Virus record (IMG/VR): IMGVR_UViG_3300044632_001218 | DNA length: 64,000 nucleotides | Direction: 5' to 3' (one strand) | From: a virus | Part shown: positions 17,750 through 26,249 of the stretch, piece after piece | Layout: each line of letters opens with the position of its first letter | How positions within the stretch are numbered: the first letter of the stretch is position 1 | The notes under the pieces: generated by a model | What the model was told of the DNA's origin: nothing | The model's input: only the letters and a program-made list of their open reading frames with translations | The model's database searches: none | Made by a program: the position numbers and the translations under genes

Positions 17750-19004
17750 TATGAATTACAAGTTTAGTATTATTACACCAGAGCACAGAAAAGAAAACAT
17801 TCCTTTTTTGATGGAACTTTATGAAACCATCAAACAACAAACATATACAAATTGGGAATGGATTATATACTTGAATGGTAATTGTAAAGCATCTCATCTT
17901 CCTCAAGAATTGAAAGATGACCAAAGAATTAAAGTTCGTAATGGAATCACACATCCTAATGTTGGGTTTGTGAAAAACAGGGCATTTAGTTTGGGGTCAG
18001 GTGATATTCTTGTTGAGGTAGACCATGATGATTTACTTTCTGAGGATTGTTTAGAAGAACTTAATAACGCATTTCAAGACCAAGAAGTTGGATTTGTTTA
18101 TAGCGAAGATCTTCTTTATGATATGAGAGGTGATGAATATAAGATTCCTTGGAATCCTGAAAATGGATGGACTTATAAATGGATGAACTTCAGAGGGGAA
18201 GATTTTATTAAAATTGATATGTTTCCTGCAACAAGTCACAGCATTGGTATTATTTGGTATGCTCCTGACCATGTTCGTGCTTGGAGGAAAAAAGTATATG
18301 ACCAAGTTGGAGGACACAATCCAGACTTGAATATTTGTGATGACCATGATTTAGTCATCAGAACATACTTACAAACTAAGTTCTGTTTTATTCCAAAAGT
18401 TCTTTATTATTATAGATGGTTGCCTGGAGGAGACAATACTCAACTTCAACGAAATCAAGATATTCAAATTAAAACTTTTGAATTGTTTCATCAATATGGA
18501 CAACAACTTGCAGAAAGAGATGCTGAACTAAATGGGTTGATGAAGGTTGATATTGGTGGAGGATTATTCCCAAGACCAGGATATACTACAATTGATCAGG
18601 AAGGTGCAGACATCACATGCGATTTGAATGATGGTATACCATTGCCAGATAATAGTGTTGGTGTTATCAATGCAAGTCATGTCATTGAGCATTTAAAAGA
18701 CCCAATCAAAACTATGTCTGAAATTCATAGAGTTTTATGTGATGGAGGTTGGGCATTTATTGAAGTTCCTTCTACTGATGGTAGAGGAGCATGGCAAGAC
18801 CCAACACATGTAAGCTATTGGAATGAAAATAGTTTTTGGTATTACACAAGAGCAGATAAAGCACAATATATAAGAAACACCACAATTAGATTTCAAGAAT
18901 TTAGACTTGAAACTACTTGGTGGGAAAACAATGTTGCAGTAACTACAGCATGGTTATGTGCCATAAAATCAGATAAAAAACGTCCACATCCAGTAAGAAT
19001 CTAA
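17742..19004 (+). CDS. GT2 glycosyltransferase fused to a class I SAM methyltransferase
   Basis: N-terminal SIITP, VEVDHDD, DDHDL; C-terminal VDIGGG, SHVIEHL, HRVLCDGG, QDPTH. Confidence 0.8.
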   Translation: MIDMNYKFSIITPEHRKENIPFLMELYETIKQQTYTNWEWIIYLNGNCKASHLPQELKDDQRIKVRNGITHPNVGFVKNRAFSLGSGDILVEVDHDDLLSEDCLEELNNAFQDQEVGFVYSEDLLYDMRGDEYKIPWNPENGWTYKWMNFRGEDFIKIDMFPATSHSIGIIWYAPDHVRAWRKKVYDQVGGHNPDLNICDDHDLVIRTYLQTKFCFIPKVLYYYRWLPGGDNTQLQRNQDIQIKTFELFHQYGQQLAERDAELNGLMKVDIGGGLFPRPGYTTIDQEGADITCDLNDGIPLPDNSVGVINASHVIEHLKDPIKTMSEIHRVLCDGGWAFIEVPSTDGRGAWQDPTHVSYWNENSFWYYTRADKAQYIRNTTIRFQEFRLETTWWENNVAVTTAWLCAIKSDKKRPHPVRI

Positions 19005-19008
19005 GGTT

Positions 19009-19257
19009 ATGAATTTTACAGTTTACAGCAAACATGGTTGCCCATATTGTACTAAAGTTATTCAAGTTTTGAATACTCTTAGTGTATCAAAGGGGTATTC
19101 AATAAGAGAGTATGTTCTTGGAACAAACTTTACAAAAGAAGAATTTTATAAAGAATTTGGAGAAGGTTCAACATTCCCTCAAGTTATTTTTAATGATAAA
19201 CATCTTGGGGGTTGTTCAGATACAGTCAAATACCTTAAAGAGAATAATTTGATTTGA
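19009..19257 (+). CDS. grx: Glutaredoxin (NrdC-like)
   Basis: CPYC, TFPQV, GGC.D. Confidence 0.92.
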   Translation: MNFTVYSKHGCPYCTKVIQVLNTLSVSKGYSIREYVLGTNFTKEEFYKEFGEGSTFPQVIFNDKHLGGCSDTVKYLKENNLI

Positions 19258-19436
19258 TGGACTCTATAAATAATGACAGTACTCTTCCTGTTAACAGGGG
19301 TATAGAGCTAGTCTTAAAAAGGAGGACTCCAAACAAAAAAACATTCTCAATATGTTTTGAAAGAGTGGTTATTTTTTTCAAACGAAAGATAACCATTTAC
19401 TTTAATTTTTCCTTGAATGTAGGAAAACCAAAGTAA
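19254..19436 (+). CDS. Hypothetical protein
   Basis: In operon order; NRGIELVLKRR. Confidence 0.55.
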   Translation: MMDSINNDSTLPVNRGIELVLKRRTPNKKTFSICFERVVIFFKRKITIYFNFSLNVGKPK

Positions 19437-19451
19437 TTTAGGAGAAACACT

Positions 19452-19676
19452 ATGTTAGCAATAACCCTTGTCTTTACTGTATTATTTGTAATAATGGCAA
19501 TTGTTTTAGGTGGTTTAGTTGGTTGGACATTAAATCAATATGTCTCACAAAAACAACCATATACTTATCATCCAGAAATGTTTGATGAAAATGGTGATGT
19601 ATTAGCAGACGACCTTATAGCATTTAGATTTGAAGGTACAGAAAATATGGAAGAGGAAGAAGAAACAGAAGATTAA
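19452..19676 (+). CDS. Single-TM hypothetical protein
   Basis: Hydrophobic N-terminus, HPEMFDENG, acidic tail; SD GGAG. Confidence 0.7.
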   Translation: MLAITLVFTVLFVIMAIVLGGLVGWTLNQYVSQKQPYTYHPEMFDENGDVLADDLIAFRFEGTENMEEEEETED

Positions 19677-19679
19677 TTA

Positions 19680-20126
19680 ATGGAGTTGAAAATGAAGTTG
19701 CCACCAGACCAGTTGTTATCTGAGATTATTCAAAAGGTATCAAATTGTAAAACAAGAGACGAGAAAATAGAAATTCTTCGTCATTATGATTCCCCTGCTT
19801 TGAGAGCTATTTTAATTTGGAACTTTGACCAAAGAGTTCAATCTGCTCTCCCAGAAGGTGAAGTCCCATACACCCCAAATGATGCTCCAATTGGAACAGA
19901 GCATACAAGACTTGTTCAGGAATGGAGAAAGTTTAACTATTTTGTAAAAGGAGTAACTAATACTCCTCAAGCAAAAAGAGAAACTATGTTTATTCAAATG
20001 TTAGAATCTCTTCAAGAAGTTGAGGCAGAATTAATATGTCTTGTAAAAGATAAGCAATTGCATAAAAGGTATAAAGTTACTAAAGTAGTAGTTCAAGAAG
20101 CATTTCCTGATATTGTTTGGGGATAA
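19680..20126 (+). CDS. Conserved T4-like phage hypothetical protein
   Basis: LLSEIIQKVSN.KT..EK; LPEGEVPY.PND; KRETMFIQMLE.L. Confidence 0.75.
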   Translation: MELKMKLPPDQLLSEIIQKVSNCKTRDEKIEILRHYDSPALRAILIWNFDQRVQSALPEGEVPYTPNDAPIGTEHTRLVQEWRKFNYFVKGVTNTPQAKRETMFIQMLESLQEVEAELICLVKDKQLHKRYKVTKVVVQEAFPDIVWG

Positions 20127-20127
20127 A

Positions 20128-20382
20128 GTGAAAAGTAAAATTAGAGTTATAAAAGAAAATTGTGATTTATCTGCAGCAAAAGATAAATCACTTCCTTTAG
20201 ATTCTTACATTGTTGAATATGACAATGGTGATGGAGTTTGTATTGATATATCACAAGGATTGCGAGTAGATATTTTTGACCATTATTATGATAGATATGG
20301 AAATGTTATTTCTATGAAATGGACTGATGGAAGGGTAAATCCAAAACTTTATAGCGAGCAACAAAAGAAAAAGAAAAAATAA
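20128..20382 (+). CDS. Hypothetical protein
   Basis: GTG start after upstream stop; DIFDHYYDRYG, GRVNPKLY. Confidence 0.65.
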   Translation: MKSKIRVIKENCDLSAAKDKSLPLDSYIVEYDNGDGVCIDISQGLRVDIFDHYYDRYGNVISMKWTDGRVNPKLYSEQQKKKKK

Positions 20383-20709
20383 ATGGGAAAACATTATCTA
20401 CTAAATCTGTATGGTTGTTCGTTTGTTCTTCTGGATGATGAGCGCTGTCTTATAGACCTATTGGAAAATGCAGCAGCAGCAAGTGGAGCAACAGTGGTTC
20501 AGACTGTATCTAAAAAGTTTGAACCACAAGGAGTAACTGTACTCTGTTTGTTGTCTGAAAGTCACATCAGCATTCATACTTGGCCTGAAGAAGGAAAGGC
20601 TGCAGTAGATGTGTATACTTGTGGGGATTGTAATCCTAAGATTGGATGTGATATTATTATACAGCAGCTCTATGCACAAACCCACACTCTTAGTTACATT
20701 GAAAGGTAA
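20383..20709 (+). CDS. speD: S-adenosylmethionine decarboxylase proenzyme
   Basis: KFEPQGVT..LLSESHISIHTWPE.G.AAVDVYTCG with the ES pyruvoyl cleavage site. Confidence 0.95.
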   Translation: MGKHYLLNLYGCSFVLLDDERCLIDLLENAAAASGATVVQTVSKKFEPQGVTVLCLLSESHISIHTWPEEGKAAVDVYTCGDCNPKIGCDIIIQQLYAQTHTLSYIER

Positions 20710-20739
20710 ATGCTAAATAACCCTATATGGAGACTACAT

Positions 20740-21060
20740 ATGCTCTCTACCCAGTATAGACTACGCTTAGAGGCAATTTGTGCAAAGATTGTACAACATG
20801 AAGAAGTAAGTCTAGAAGATATGATCTGGGCAGAAAAACTTTCAAGAGTTAATAGAACTGCAACAACAATGTTGAGGCAAGCAAGAAGGAAAGCAGAGAA
20901 TCCTGATATGCAGGAGGGTGATTTGGACGACTTCCTCAATCAATTAGATATTGGTGGATTAGGTAACGAAAGATTTGGTGTCAATAGATTTAATAATGTA
21001 GATGATATTGTAGATTTCTTCAAAGAAGATAAACCAGAAGATTGGAGACAAAGAGACTAA
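20740..21060 (+). CDS. Hypothetical protein
   Basis: MLSTQYRLRLEAIC...DWRQRD; late-type CTAAATA element upstream. Confidence 0.7.
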   Translation: MLSTQYRLRLEAICAKIVQHEEVSLEDMIWAEKLSRVNRTATTMLRQARRKAENPDMQEGDLDDFLNQLDIGGLGNERFGVNRFNNVDDIVDFFKEDKPEDWRQRD

Positions 21061-21100
21061 ACTGTATAAGTAAGTAGGCATAAATTTTTGTTAAGGAATC

Positions 21101-21129
21101 CTGACAAATACCATACATAATGTTAGAAT
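21101..21129 (+). promoter_or_regulatory. Sigma70-like promoter with extended -10
   Basis: CTGACA (21101-21106), 17 nt, TG-n-TAGAAT (21124-21129). Confidence 0.6.
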
Positions 21130-21191
21130 TATGAGGTCATACAAATGAAAGAAATTCTTTGTGATGATATTCTTTGTGCGTGGAGGTCATT

Positions 21192-21368
21192 ATGCACAAT
21201 CTTATTTCTTACAATCAACTTGCATCTTGGAATCATTTAGAAAATACAATTAGTAAATTTACTGAGGAAAACGAATTGATGAATGATTACTTTAATTGTT
21301 TAATTGAGTGTGATAATAATCAACAACAATGTAAAAAAATCTGTAGAGAGATATTAAAACAATTGTAA
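21192..21368 (+). CDS. Small 4-Cys protein
   Basis: MHNLISYNQLASW...DYFNCLIECDNNQQQCKKICRE; SD GGAGG. Confidence 0.75.
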   Translation: MHNLISYNQLASWNHLENTISKFTEENELMNDYFNCLIECDNNQQQCKKICREILKQL

Positions 21369-21376
21369 TGATGGTT

Positions 21377-21402
21377 GGGGGAGTTGCTCTCCCCCTTTTT
21401 TT
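21377..21402 (+). terminator. Rho-independent terminator
   Basis: GGGGGAG-TTGCT-CTCCCCC-TTTTTTT. Confidence 0.9.
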
Positions 21403-21431
21403 ATGTTAGAATACCTGAAAAGAATTAACTT

Positions 21432-21590
21432 ATGAACAAAGAAAGAGTAAAATTAATAGTCAAAAATATGGAACTATTAATTGATTCACTTAAAAAAGAA
21501 TTAAATGAAACTGAAACTGAAGATGTAGGAGAACAAATCATAACTACAATTCCTTATGTAGAAGATTATGATGAGGTATTTTCTGGATGA
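21432..21590 (+). CDS. Hypothetical protein, 52 aa
   Basis: MNKERVKLIVKNMELLIDSLKKEL...YDEVFSG. Confidence 0.65.
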   Translation: MNKERVKLIVKNMELLIDSLKKELNETETEDVGEQIITTIPYVEDYDEVFSG

Positions 21591-21766
21591 GACTTAAAAA
21601 AATGTTAAAGTTGCTCAAAGAAGCAACAAAAAATAATGGGTCAATCTATACTCAAGCAGAATTAAATTATATGAATAATCAACTTGAAGTGATTGAAAGC
21701 GAATTAAAAAAATTAGAACATAGAGACTATAAAGGATTTGGAAAAAAGTATGAAACCAATAGTTAA
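21587..21766 (+). CDS. Hypothetical protein, 59 aa
   Basis: MRLKKMLKLLKEA...YTQAELNYM...KGFG; ATGA coupling. Confidence 0.65.
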   Translation: MRLKKMLKLLKEATKNNGSIYTQAELNYMNNQLEVIESELKKLEHRDYKGFGKKYETNS

Positions 21767-22391
21767 ATTTGTTAGTGTAACTCCAGATGCAGAAAAGGCT
21801 ATGGCATATATTGCCAGAGTTTCTAATCCATCAAATCAGGATAATGACAATTATGCAGGTCTTCTGAAGTATTGTATTAAGCACCAACACTGGTCTGTGT
21901 TTGAGCAGTCACACATGTCCCTTGAGATTGAAACTACAAGGGGAATTGCTGCACAGATTTTGAGGCATAGGAGTTTTACATTCCAAGAGTTTTCTCAAAG
22001 GTATGCTGATACAAATCTTCTTTCTGAACATATTCCTATCCCAGATTTGCGTAGGCAAGACACAAAGAATCGTCAAAACTCAATTGATGACATCTCTGAG
22101 TATGTAAAATTAAAACTTCAAGGAGAAATTTCAGGGCATTTTATTGCATCTAAAAATCTTTATAATCGTCTTTTGGAAGCAGGAGTTGCTAAAGAATGTG
22201 CAAGGTTTGTTCTACCTCTTGCAACACCAACAAGAATTTACATGACTGGTTCTTGTAGGAGTTGGGTACATTACATTCAACTTAGAGAAAAGAATGGGAC
22301 TCAAAAAGAACATATGGATATTGCTCTTGAGTGTAAGAAAATATTCATTGAACAATTCCCATCAGTATCAGAAGCTCTTGAATGGGTCTAA
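21750..22391 (+). CDS. thyX: Flavin-dependent thymidylate synthase
   Basis: HWSVFE, QILRHRSFTFQEFSQRY (RHRx7S), E.ARFVLP. Confidence 0.95.
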   Translation: MKPIVKFVSVTPDAEKAMAYIARVSNPSNQDNDNYAGLLKYCIKHQHWSVFEQSHMSLEIETTRGIAAQILRHRSFTFQEFSQRYADTNLLSEHIPIPDLRRQDTKNRQNSIDDISEYVKLKLQGEISGHFIASKNLYNRLLEAGVAKECARFVLPLATPTRIYMTGSCRSWVHYIQLREKNGTQKEHMDIALECKKIFIEQFPSVSEALEWV

Positions 22392-22416
22392 ATAAATTAT
22401 CTTGAATTTGTAACTT

Positions 22417-22659
22417 ATGGCATTATATCCCATTATCCATGTAGAAACTGGTGAAAAAAAAGTAGTTGAAATGAGTGTTCATGACATTATGGAATGGTAT
22501 AAAGACAATCCTGAATGGAAAAGGGATTGGTCTGAAGGATGTGCAACTCCAGGAGAGGTTGGTGATTGGCGTAACAAGTTAATCAGCAAGAGACCTGGAT
22601 GGAATGACGTTCTCGAAAAGGCATCAAAAGCACCTGGATCACGAGTAAAAAAAATCTAA
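22417..22659 (+). CDS. Hypothetical protein
   Basis: YPIIHVETGE...DNPEWKRDWSEGCA..GEVGDW. Confidence 0.7.
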   Translation: MALYPIIHVETGEKKVVEMSVHDIMEWYKDNPEWKRDWSEGCATPGEVGDWRNKLISKRPGWNDVLEKASKAPGSRVKKI

Positions 22660-23420
22660 TGGCAAGAAACAGAAGAAGAAACACAGGAGATTCTCCTATT
22701 GGTATTGGCACTACAGCAAGAAACAGGAAAAAGAAAAAACCAATTAGTGCAGAAAGTTTAGTTGATATTCAACCATTAACTGCAAATCAAAAGATACTTT
22801 TTGAGTCTTACAAACAAGATAAGCACTTGTTTGTTTATGGTTGTGCTGGAACTGGTAAAACATTTTGTGCATTATATTTGGCACTCAAGGATGTTCTTGA
22901 TGAATTAACACCATATGATAAAATTGTTATTGTAAGGTCACTTGTGTCTACAAGGGAAATTGGGTTTCTTCCTGGAGACCATGAAGACAAATCAAGTCTT
23001 TATCAGATTCCATACAAGAATATGGTAAAGTATATGTTTGAACTCTCAAGTGATTCTGAGTTTGAAATGCTTTATGGCAATCTTAAGTCTCAAGAAACAG
23101 TTACTTTTTGGAGCACATCATTCATTAGAGGAACTACTTTAGACAACTCTATTATCATTGTAGATGAAAGTCAGAACCTTAATTTCCACGAGCTTGATTC
23201 TATTATCACTCGTGTTGGTGATAACTCAAGGATTGTATTTTGTGGTGATGCTACACAATCTGATTTAACTAGAAATAACGAAAAGGATGGTATCCTAAAC
23301 TTTATGAAAATTATTCAAAGAATGCCTGAGTTTGAATCAATTGAGTTTGGTGTAGAAGATATTGTCAGGTCTGGATTAGTCAAGTCTTACATTGTGAATA
23401 AAATGGCAGCTGGATTTTAA
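22659..23420 (+). CDS. phoH: PhoH-family ATPase
   Basis: GCAGTGKT Walker A, EIGFLPG, FIRGTT, VDESQN, GDATQSD, IVRSGLV. Confidence 0.95.
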   Translation: MARNRRRNTGDSPIGIGTTARNRKKKKPISAESLVDIQPLTANQKILFESYKQDKHLFVYGCAGTGKTFCALYLALKDVLDELTPYDKIVIVRSLVSTREIGFLPGDHEDKSSLYQIPYKNMVKYMFELSSDSEFEMLYGNLKSQETVTFWSTSFIRGTTLDNSIIIVDESQNLNFHELDSIITRVGDNSRIVFCGDATQSDLTRNNEKDGILNFMKIIQRMPEFESIEFGVEDIVRSGLVKSYIVNKMAAGF

Positions 23421-24097
23421 TGTTTAGACATATTGATATGAATCTTCCCAAGTTAGAAAGGGAAGAAATTGATGGGGTAAGATATTATAAACTACCTGGA
23501 GAGGATAAACTTTCCAGGTTAGTTTCTATTACATCAGTTACAAGTTTTCATAATAGACATATTTTTGAAAACTGGCGAAAGAAAGTTGGAGAAGAAGAAG
23601 CAAACAGAATTAATAAGAAAGCAACAAGTCGTGGTACTGATTTGCACTCTTTAGTAGAAAATTATCTTCTTAATGAACATCTTCCAGAAGTTCAACCAAT
23701 TTCAAATTTTCTATTCAAAATTGCTAAGGAAAAACTTGGCAACATAAATAACATTCATGCTCTTGAAAGTTCTCTTTATAGCAAACAGTTAGGCATTGCA
23801 GGAACTGTAGATTGTATTGCTGAATATAATGGTGAACTGGCAGTCATAGATTTCAAGACATCTAAAAAACCAAAACCAAAAAATTGGGTTGAACATTATT
23901 TTGTTCAGTGTGCTGCATATGCTTGTATGTTTTATGAAATTACAGGCATCCCAGTTAAGAAACTGGTCATCTTAATGGCATGTGAAGATGGGGATTGCGT
24001 TGTCTATGAAGAGTATGATAAAATGAAGTATATTAGGTTACTAAATGATTACATTAGAGAATTTGTTCAATCTAAACTACAAGAATATGGAAGATAA
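23420..24097 (+). CDS. PD-(D/E)XK exonuclease (T4-like phage ExoA type)
   Basis: SITSV, RGTDLH, E..L, AGTVDCI, IDFKTS, Q..AY. Confidence 0.85.
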   Translation: MFRHIDMNLPKLEREEIDGVRYYKLPGEDKLSRLVSITSVTSFHNRHIFENWRKKVGEEEANRINKKATSRGTDLHSLVENYLLNEHLPEVQPISNFLFKIAKEKLGNINNIHALESSLYSKQLGIAGTVDCIAEYNGELAVIDFKTSKKPKPKNWVEHYFVQCAAYACMFYEITGIPVKKLVILMACEDGDCVVYEEYDKMKYIRLLNDYIREFVQSKLQEYGR

Positions 24098-24344
24098 ATT
24101 AAAAGACGCATTAGAACTAAAGTTCCTATGTCCAGCAAAGTTTTCTCAAATCATAGAAGAACTTGTGAAGACAAACGAAGAAATGAATTACATAGATGCT
24201 ATAGTTCATTACTGCGAAGAGAATGGATTGGAAGTAGATTCTGTATCTAAACTTATTAGCAAACCACTAAAAGAAAAAATTAAGTGTGATGCTATCAACT
24301 TAAACTTTTTGAAAAGAACATCCAGAGCTAAACTTTTGATATGA
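24087..24344 (+). CDS. g33: Late transcription coactivator gp33
   Basis: YIDAIVHYCEENGLEV....KLISKPLKEKI..DA..LNFL; position before g59. Confidence 0.85.
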   Translation: MEDKLKDALELKFLCPAKFSQIIEELVKTNEEMNYIDAIVHYCEENGLEVDSVSKLISKPLKEKIKCDAINLNFLKRTSRAKLLI

Positions 24345-24931
24345 CCTCCTTTGATGCTTATAAAACTTACCTTGCACTGAAGAACCACTTTAGTAAACCA
24401 AAGTATGACTACTTCAAATATGCAGGTAAGTCCAGAGCATCAGTAGAAACATTTAACAAACGTAAAGATAAGTATTGGTTTGAGAGAATTAGTAGACAAA
24501 AAAATGACCAGGAAATAAAAGATTTCTTTGTTGCTAATTTTGTGAAAAGTGATAATCCACAGTCAATGTGGATTGGGCAATTGATGCGTGAAGGTGAGGA
24601 CTGTTATAAGGAATGGTCTAAAAGACAACAAAGTTTGTCTTACATTTTTAAACAAGAGTCAGAAGATTTGTTGTCATCAGGAACCATAGATGAGATTCTT
24701 GATGCCTCAAGGCAACATCCAATCATTCTTAAAATGTTCCTGAGCGGGAAAATTAGTATAGAAACACTAGTGGTTTGGGATAAAATTTTCCTGTTCAGGA
24801 ACAATTTTGATAAGCAACTTTTGGACCCTGTGTGGGAGATAGTGTCTTTAAAGATACAGAAGTATTCTTTGTTTCTAAATATCAGTATACAGGATTACAA
24901 AAAAATGTTGAGAAACATTGTAGAGGGGTAA
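24341..24931 (+). CDS. g59: Helicase loader gp59
   Basis: YLALKNHF....YDYFKY.GK, F.KRKD.Y.F; gene order 33-59-32. Confidence 0.88.
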   Translation: MTSFDAYKTYLALKNHFSKPKYDYFKYAGKSRASVETFNKRKDKYWFERISRQKNDQEIKDFFVANFVKSDNPQSMWIGQLMREGEDCYKEWSKRQQSLSYIFKQESEDLLSSGTIDEILDASRQHPIILKMFLSGKISIETLVVWDKIFLFRNNFDKQLLDPVWEIVSLKIQKYSLFLNISIQDYKKMLRNIVEG

Positions 24932-24932
24932 T

Positions 24933-25268
24933 ATGGCCTTCTTTGATTCAGAAATAGTTCAGAACGAATTAAAAACTATAGAAAATCTTCAAAGGCATTT
25001 GACCAGAGGAGTTTTGAGACTACCAATAATGTCAAAGGCAGAAAAGCTTGAGCATGTAAATTTGTTATCTGAACTATTAGAGAAACAAAAAATCCTGTAT
25101 ACCAGATTGTCATTGTCAGATGACCCTCAAGCCATAGAAAAAAAGAATGAAATTATTGAATCATCTAAACTTTTAGGTTATGGCAACCCTTCAAATATGA
25201 ATCTGGTTTTTGAAAATATGCAAAAGGTTATTGCCAGACTCAAGAAAGAAGCAGAGGTTGACAAGTAA
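24933..25268 (+). CDS. Conserved cyanophage/cyanobacterial hypothetical protein (DUF1825-like)
   Basis: FFDSEIVQ.EL...EKQK.LYTRLSLSDDP. Confidence 0.7.
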   Translation: MAFFDSEIVQNELKTIENLQRHLTRGVLRLPIMSKAEKLEHVNLLSELLEKQKILYTRLSLSDDPQAIEKKNEIIESSKLLGYGNPSNMNLVFENMQKVIARLKKEAEVDK

Positions 25269-25286
25269 CCTTTGTTTTGTTATGAT
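25258..25286 (+). promoter_or_regulatory. Sigma70 promoter of gene 32
   Basis: TTGACA (25258-25263), 17 nt, TG-n-TATGAT (25281-25286). Confidence 0.85.
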
Positions 25287-25297
25287 GTCTGTGGATA

Positions 25298-25324
25298 ACT
25301 AATCCAATCAATCCAACTAATCCG
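25298..25324 (+). repeat. Three 9-nt tandem repeats in the gene 32 leader
   Basis: ACTAATCCA ATCAATCCA ACTAATCCG immediately before SD GAGG. Confidence 0.8.
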
Positions 25325-25334
25325 AGGTAATCTA

Positions 25335-26249
25335 ATGTCTTTTTCGGACCTTAAGAAAAAATCAAGTCTTGGTTCACTCACTTCTAAACTGGTTCAAGAA
25401 GTTGAGAAAATGAATTCAAGCAGTGGTTCTACAGATGAACGTCTGTGGCGACCTGAAGTGGATAAAGCAGGCAATGGGTTTGCTGTTATTCGTTTTCTTC
25501 CTGCACCATTGGGTGAGGAACTTCCTTGGGCAAAGGTTTATACCCATGCCTTTCAAGGTTCTGGTGGATGGTTTATTGACAACTGTCTGACCACACTGAA
25601 TCAAAACTGTCCTGTATGTGAGGCAAACAGGGAACTGTGGAACACAGGAAGTAAAGCAAATCAAGATATTGTTCGTGATCGTAAGCGCAAACTGTCTTAC
25701 TATTCCAACATCTATGTTGTTCAGGACAAAACACATCCTGAAAATGAAGGAAAGGTATTCCTTTATAAGTTTGGCAAAAAAATCTTTGATAAGATTACTG
25801 CAGCAATGCAACCAGAGTTTGATGATGAAACTCCCATTGACCCATTTGATTTTTGGAAAGGTGCTAATTTCAAACTGAAAATCACCAAGAAAGATGGGTA
25901 TTGGAACTATGACAAGTCAGAGTTTGGTAGTTCAGAACCACTCTTTGATGATGATGATGTTATGGAAGCAGTCTGGAAAAAGACTTATTCTCTTGCTGAA
26001 TTTACTGATGCAGAGAAGATGAAAACCTATGAACAGTTGAACACTCGTCTGAAAGCTGTTCTTGGTAAGAAACCAGTTCAACAAGATGAATCATTTGATG
26101 ATGAAGATGATGAACGTGGTCCTGTTCCTACTAATGAAGAACTACTGCAGGGAAAATCTGGTGGAACTCGCTCACAAAAGAGTTCTGTATCTTCTAATGA
26201 AGATGATGATGACACCCTTGCATACTTTGCCAGGTTGGCTGAAGAGTGA
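25335..26249 (+). CDS. g32: Single-stranded DNA-binding protein gp32
   Basis: DERLW....DKAGNG.AVIRFLP, ENCxT..CPVC-type zinc motif, YKFGKKIFDKI, acidic tail. Confidence 0.97.
   Translation: MSFSDLKKKSSLGSLTSKLVQEVEKMNSSSGSTDERLWRPEVDKAGNGFAVIRFLPAPLGEELPWAKVYTHAFQGSGGWFIDNCLTTLNQNCPVCEANRELWNTGSKANQDIVRDRKRKLSYYSNIYVVQDKTHPENEGKVFLYKFGKKIFDKITAAMQPEFDDETPIDPFDFWKGANFKLKITKKDGYWNYDKSEFGSSEPLFDDDDVMEAVWKKTYSLAEFTDAEKMKTYEQLNTRLKAVLGKKPVQQDESFDDEDDERGPVPTNEELLQGKSGGTRSQKSSVSSNEDDDDTLAYFARLAEE

Noticed and set aside
21121-21191. Glutamine (glnA / downstream-peptide) riboswitch before the small 4-Cys ORF
   Set aside because: Conserved CGTTC...GGAAGTA...GAACG core elements not found
23420-24097. 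Cas4/CRISPR-associated nuclease
   Set aside because: No Fe-S Cys cluster; sits in the standard phoH-exonuclease-g33-g59-g32 core block
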